Origin: Gammaproteobacteria bacterium | GTDB taxonomy: Bacteria > Pseudomonadota > Gammaproteobacteria > GCA-002705445 > GCA-002716945 | Direction: 5' to 3' | Assembly (NCBI GenBank): GCA_002716945.1 | Contig: PBCF01000002.1 | Coordinates: 414,953 to 478,952 of the forward strand | Length of the DNA: 64,000 nt | Made by a program: the position numbers and the translations under genes | Notes under the pieces: generated by a model | Told to the model about the DNA's origin: nothing | Databases searched by the model: none | What the model saw: only the letters and a program-made list of their open reading frames with translations | Shown: one piece after another, positions 60,827 through 64,000 of the stretch | Layout: each line of letters opens with the position of its first letter | How positions within the stretch are numbered: position 1 is the first letter of the stretch

Positions 60827-63079
60827 TTATGGTTTTAAAATTTCCCTATTACCACCATTTGTTTGAGGAGATGATAGTATTCCTTTTTCTTCCATCGTCT
60901 CAATAAATCTTGCTGCACGATTATAACCTATTCTTAATTTTCTTTGAATGAATGATATTGACGTTTTTCCAGTTTGTCTTACAAGTTTTACTGCTTCGTC
61001 GTACAATGGGTCTTCTACTGACTCAATGTCAGGAGTATTTTGTGTTTCAGTATCATCAAAGAGTATTGACTCAATATTATCTTCCTTATTCTTGGTTTTT
61101 AAGAATTCTACTACTTTTTTAACTTCTTCGTCACTAACATATGCACCATGTATTCTTTGTAATGATCTTGTTCCTGGTCCCATATATAGCATATCTCCAT
61201 TTCCTAATAATTGCTCGGCACCCATAGAATCAATAATGGTTTTAGAATCAACATAAGATGAAACATGCAACGCCATCCTGGCAGAAATATTAGCTTTAAT
61301 TAATCCTGTTATAACATTCACAGATGGTCTCTGTGTCGCTAAGATTAGATGTATTCCTGCTGCTCTTGCCTTCTGAGCTATTCTGGTTATTAATTCTTGG
61401 ACTTTTATAGATGAAACACTCATTAAATCAGCGAATTCATCTATTACAACAACAATATAAGGAAGTTTTTTGTGGTGTTCAATTGTATCTCCTTCATTCG
61501 ACATAATTTCTAATTTTTTTCCTGATTGTTCATTGTCTAATATTAATTTATTATAAGACTGAATATTTTTAACACTTAATCCGCTTAATAGTCTATATCT
61601 TCTGTCCATTTCCTGTACACACCATCTCAATCCATTTGCAGCTTCGTTCATGTCAGTAATTACAGGATGATACAAATGAGGTATACCTTCATAAACACTT
61701 AATTCTAACATTTTTGGATCTACTAATAACATTTTCAAATCAGACGGATCTGATTTATATAATAAACTTATTAAGATAGAATGAATGGCAACTGATTTTC
61801 CCGATCCAGTTGTTCCGGCAACCAATAAGTGAGGTAATTTATTTATATCAGTACAAATTGGATTACCTTGTATATCTTTTCCTAATGCAATTGTTAAAGG
61901 AGCTTTTGATTTTTCATACTCTTTTGAAATAATAATATCTTTAAGAGACACTATTTCTCTTTCTTCGTTAGGTATTTCAATGCCTACACAAGATGATCCA
62001 GAAATAGTTTCTACAACTCTGACACTATTGACAGACATTGTCCTAGCTAAATCTTTTGATAATTTTGATATACTCGCAACCTTTGTCCCTACTTCAGGGT
62101 TAATTTCAAATAATGTAACTATAGGTCCTGGTTTTACTGATTCTACAACAGCTTTTATTCCAAAGTTAGCTAGATTATCTTCCAATAATCTTGACATAAG
62201 ATTTAGAGATTCATCATCATGAGTAGTTTTTTCAGTTTCATGTTTAATTAAAAATTCTAGTAGAGGTAGTTTTGATTTAGAACCAGTAGTAAATAAATCT
62301 TGCTGTTTTTCTTTAAATTCTCTAGGGCTTACATGTTTCTTTTCTTTAGGTATTTCTACCGATGTCTGAATGTCAGTGTTGTTATGAGGAATGGATGATT
62401 CAATATTTTCGTTATGTTTAACTTTCTTATAATACAAAACAATCTTATCGAATGACATCTTGATCTGAAACTTAGTTTTATATAGAAAATATTTTACATT
62501 TTTATAAATAACATTTGAAATTCTCTCTATAGGTATGTCAAAAAACGTTACAATAGAATATAAAAAAACAATAACAGAAAGCAATAAAGTTCCAAAACCA
62601 CCCATATACATTCCAATGTGATTAGATAAGTAATTTCCCATGAAACCGCCATAATAATTTATATTACCTGATTCATCTATGGAGGATAATCCTATGAAGT
62701 GCAATAAAATACATGAAGATGTGAATATTAAAAATAATAAAGATATGTTTAAAAATTTTTTTATAGAAGAAGTTTCCATTTTACTTTCTCTGAATGTTTG
62801 TAGTGTTGCAAAAAATAAAAAAAATGGCATTATATATGAAAATTCACCAAAGATTTGAAAGAAAAAGTGGGAAATATATGCTCCAACTACACCAATATAA
62901 TTATTTACCGTTGATGCAATGCCAGAGCTGAAAAAATTTGGGTCAGAAGAATCATGAGAATAGATAGATACAAAGAATAAGAGAGAGACTACTAGCATGA
63001 GAAAACCTATTAGTTCTCTTTTTATTGGGGTAAGTTTATTATTATTTATAAACTTTTTATGTCTCTTAGCTTGTGCCAA
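60827..63079 (-). CDS. ftsK: DNA translocase FtsK.
   Basis: 750 aa. N-terminal TM domain. Motor domain with Walker A GTTGSGKS and Walker B. C-terminal winged-helix gamma domain. Confidence 0.93.
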   Translation of the reverse strand: MAQAKRHKKFINNNKLTPIKRELIGFLMLVVSLLFFVSIYSHDSSDPNFFSSGIASTVNNYIGVVGAYISHFFFQIFGEFSYIMPFFLFFATLQTFRESKMETSSIKKFLNISLLFLIFTSSCILLHFIGLSSIDESGNINYYGGFMGNYLSNHIGMYMGGFGTLLLSVIVFLYSIVTFFDIPIERISNVIYKNVKYFLYKTKFQIKMSFDKIVLYYKKVKHNENIESSIPHNNTDIQTSVEIPKEKKHVSPREFKEKQQDLFTTGSKSKLPLLEFLIKHETEKTTHDDESLNLMSRLLEDNLANFGIKAVVESVKPGPIVTLFEINPEVGTKVASISKLSKDLARTMSVNSVRVVETISGSSCVGIEIPNEEREIVSLKDIIISKEYEKSKAPLTIALGKDIQGNPICTDINKLPHLLVAGTTGSGKSVAIHSILISLLYKSDPSDLKMLLVDPKMLELSVYEGIPHLYHPVITDMNEAANGLRWCVQEMDRRYRLLSGLSVKNIQSYNKLILDNEQSGKKLEIMSNEGDTIEHHKKLPYIVVVIDEFADLMSVSSIKVQELITRIAQKARAAGIHLILATQRPSVNVITGLIKANISARMALHVSSYVDSKTIIDSMGAEQLLGNGDMLYMGPGTRSLQRIHGAYVSDEEVKKVVEFLKTKNKEDNIESILFDDTETQNTPDIESVEDPLYDEAVKLVRQTGKTSISFIQRKLRIGYNRAARFIETMEEKGILSSPQTNGGNREILKP

Positions 63080-63194
63080 TTAACCCTCGTTTCTTCTTAT
63101 ATTAATACATATATATCTATTTTTCTATGTTACTGGTCAATAAAATTAAAACTAAATATGATAAGATATTTATGTTATTTTATTATATTTATAA

Positions 63195-64000
<806 letters not shown>

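Overview
The window is AT-rich (about 30% GC) and densely packed with core gammaproteobacterial housekeeping genes. Almost every gene was recognised by reading the translation against well-known protein families. No searches or computations were run. Gene order resembles pseudomonads more than E. coli.

Gene order across the window:
- partial pyrG, amt, tilS, accA, dnaE, rnhB on the minus strand
- a plus-strand Gfo/Idh/MocA oxidoreductase, DegT aminotransferase and lpxB triplet
- a tightly packed 12-gene minus-strand run from rpsB to lpxA (rpsB, tsf, frr, uppS, cdsA, dxr, rseP, bamA, skp, lpxD, fabZ, lpxA)
- map, dapE, yejABEF-type ABC transporter, fabI
- ppiD, tRNA-Asp, tRNA-Val, hupB, lon, clpX, clpP, tig, a small lipoprotein, and a tRNA cluster (Leu, His, Arg, Pro)
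- cysS, a secreted cyclophilin, lpxH, recO, era, rnc, lepB, lepA, a DegP-type protease, a short single-pass membrane protein, rpoE
- nadB, orn, a Ste24-like M48 protease, pterin-4a-carbinolamine dehydratase, recR, ybaB, dnaX
- a tandem-cupin protein, a small cupin, a hypothetical protein, two tRNA-Ser genes bracketing an MFS transporter, serS, ftsK, and partial trxB

There are 8 tRNA genes, and no rRNA, CRISPR array, IS element or integrase.

Main observations:
- The oxidoreductase/aminotransferase pair sits beside an inverted lpxB. I read this as a gnnA/gnnB-like module predicting 2,3-diamino-glucose lipid A.
- pyrH is missing from the conserved tsf-pyrH-frr slot.
- The sigma-E module is minimal: rpoE, a 119-aa single-pass membrane protein, and a DegP-type protease, with no rseB or rseC.
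- A 1.6 kb stretch of uncharacterised cupin-type genes lies between dnaX and a tRNA-Ser 3' end. It is the only part of the window that looks accessory.
- An MFS transporter is bracketed by two tRNA-Ser genes next to serS.
- trxB has no in-frame ATG and probably starts at ATC.
- A sigma-54 type promoter lies upstream of amt, and no glnK is present.

I see no clear evidence of a large novel multi-gene system. The cupin islet is the best candidate for something uncharacterised.
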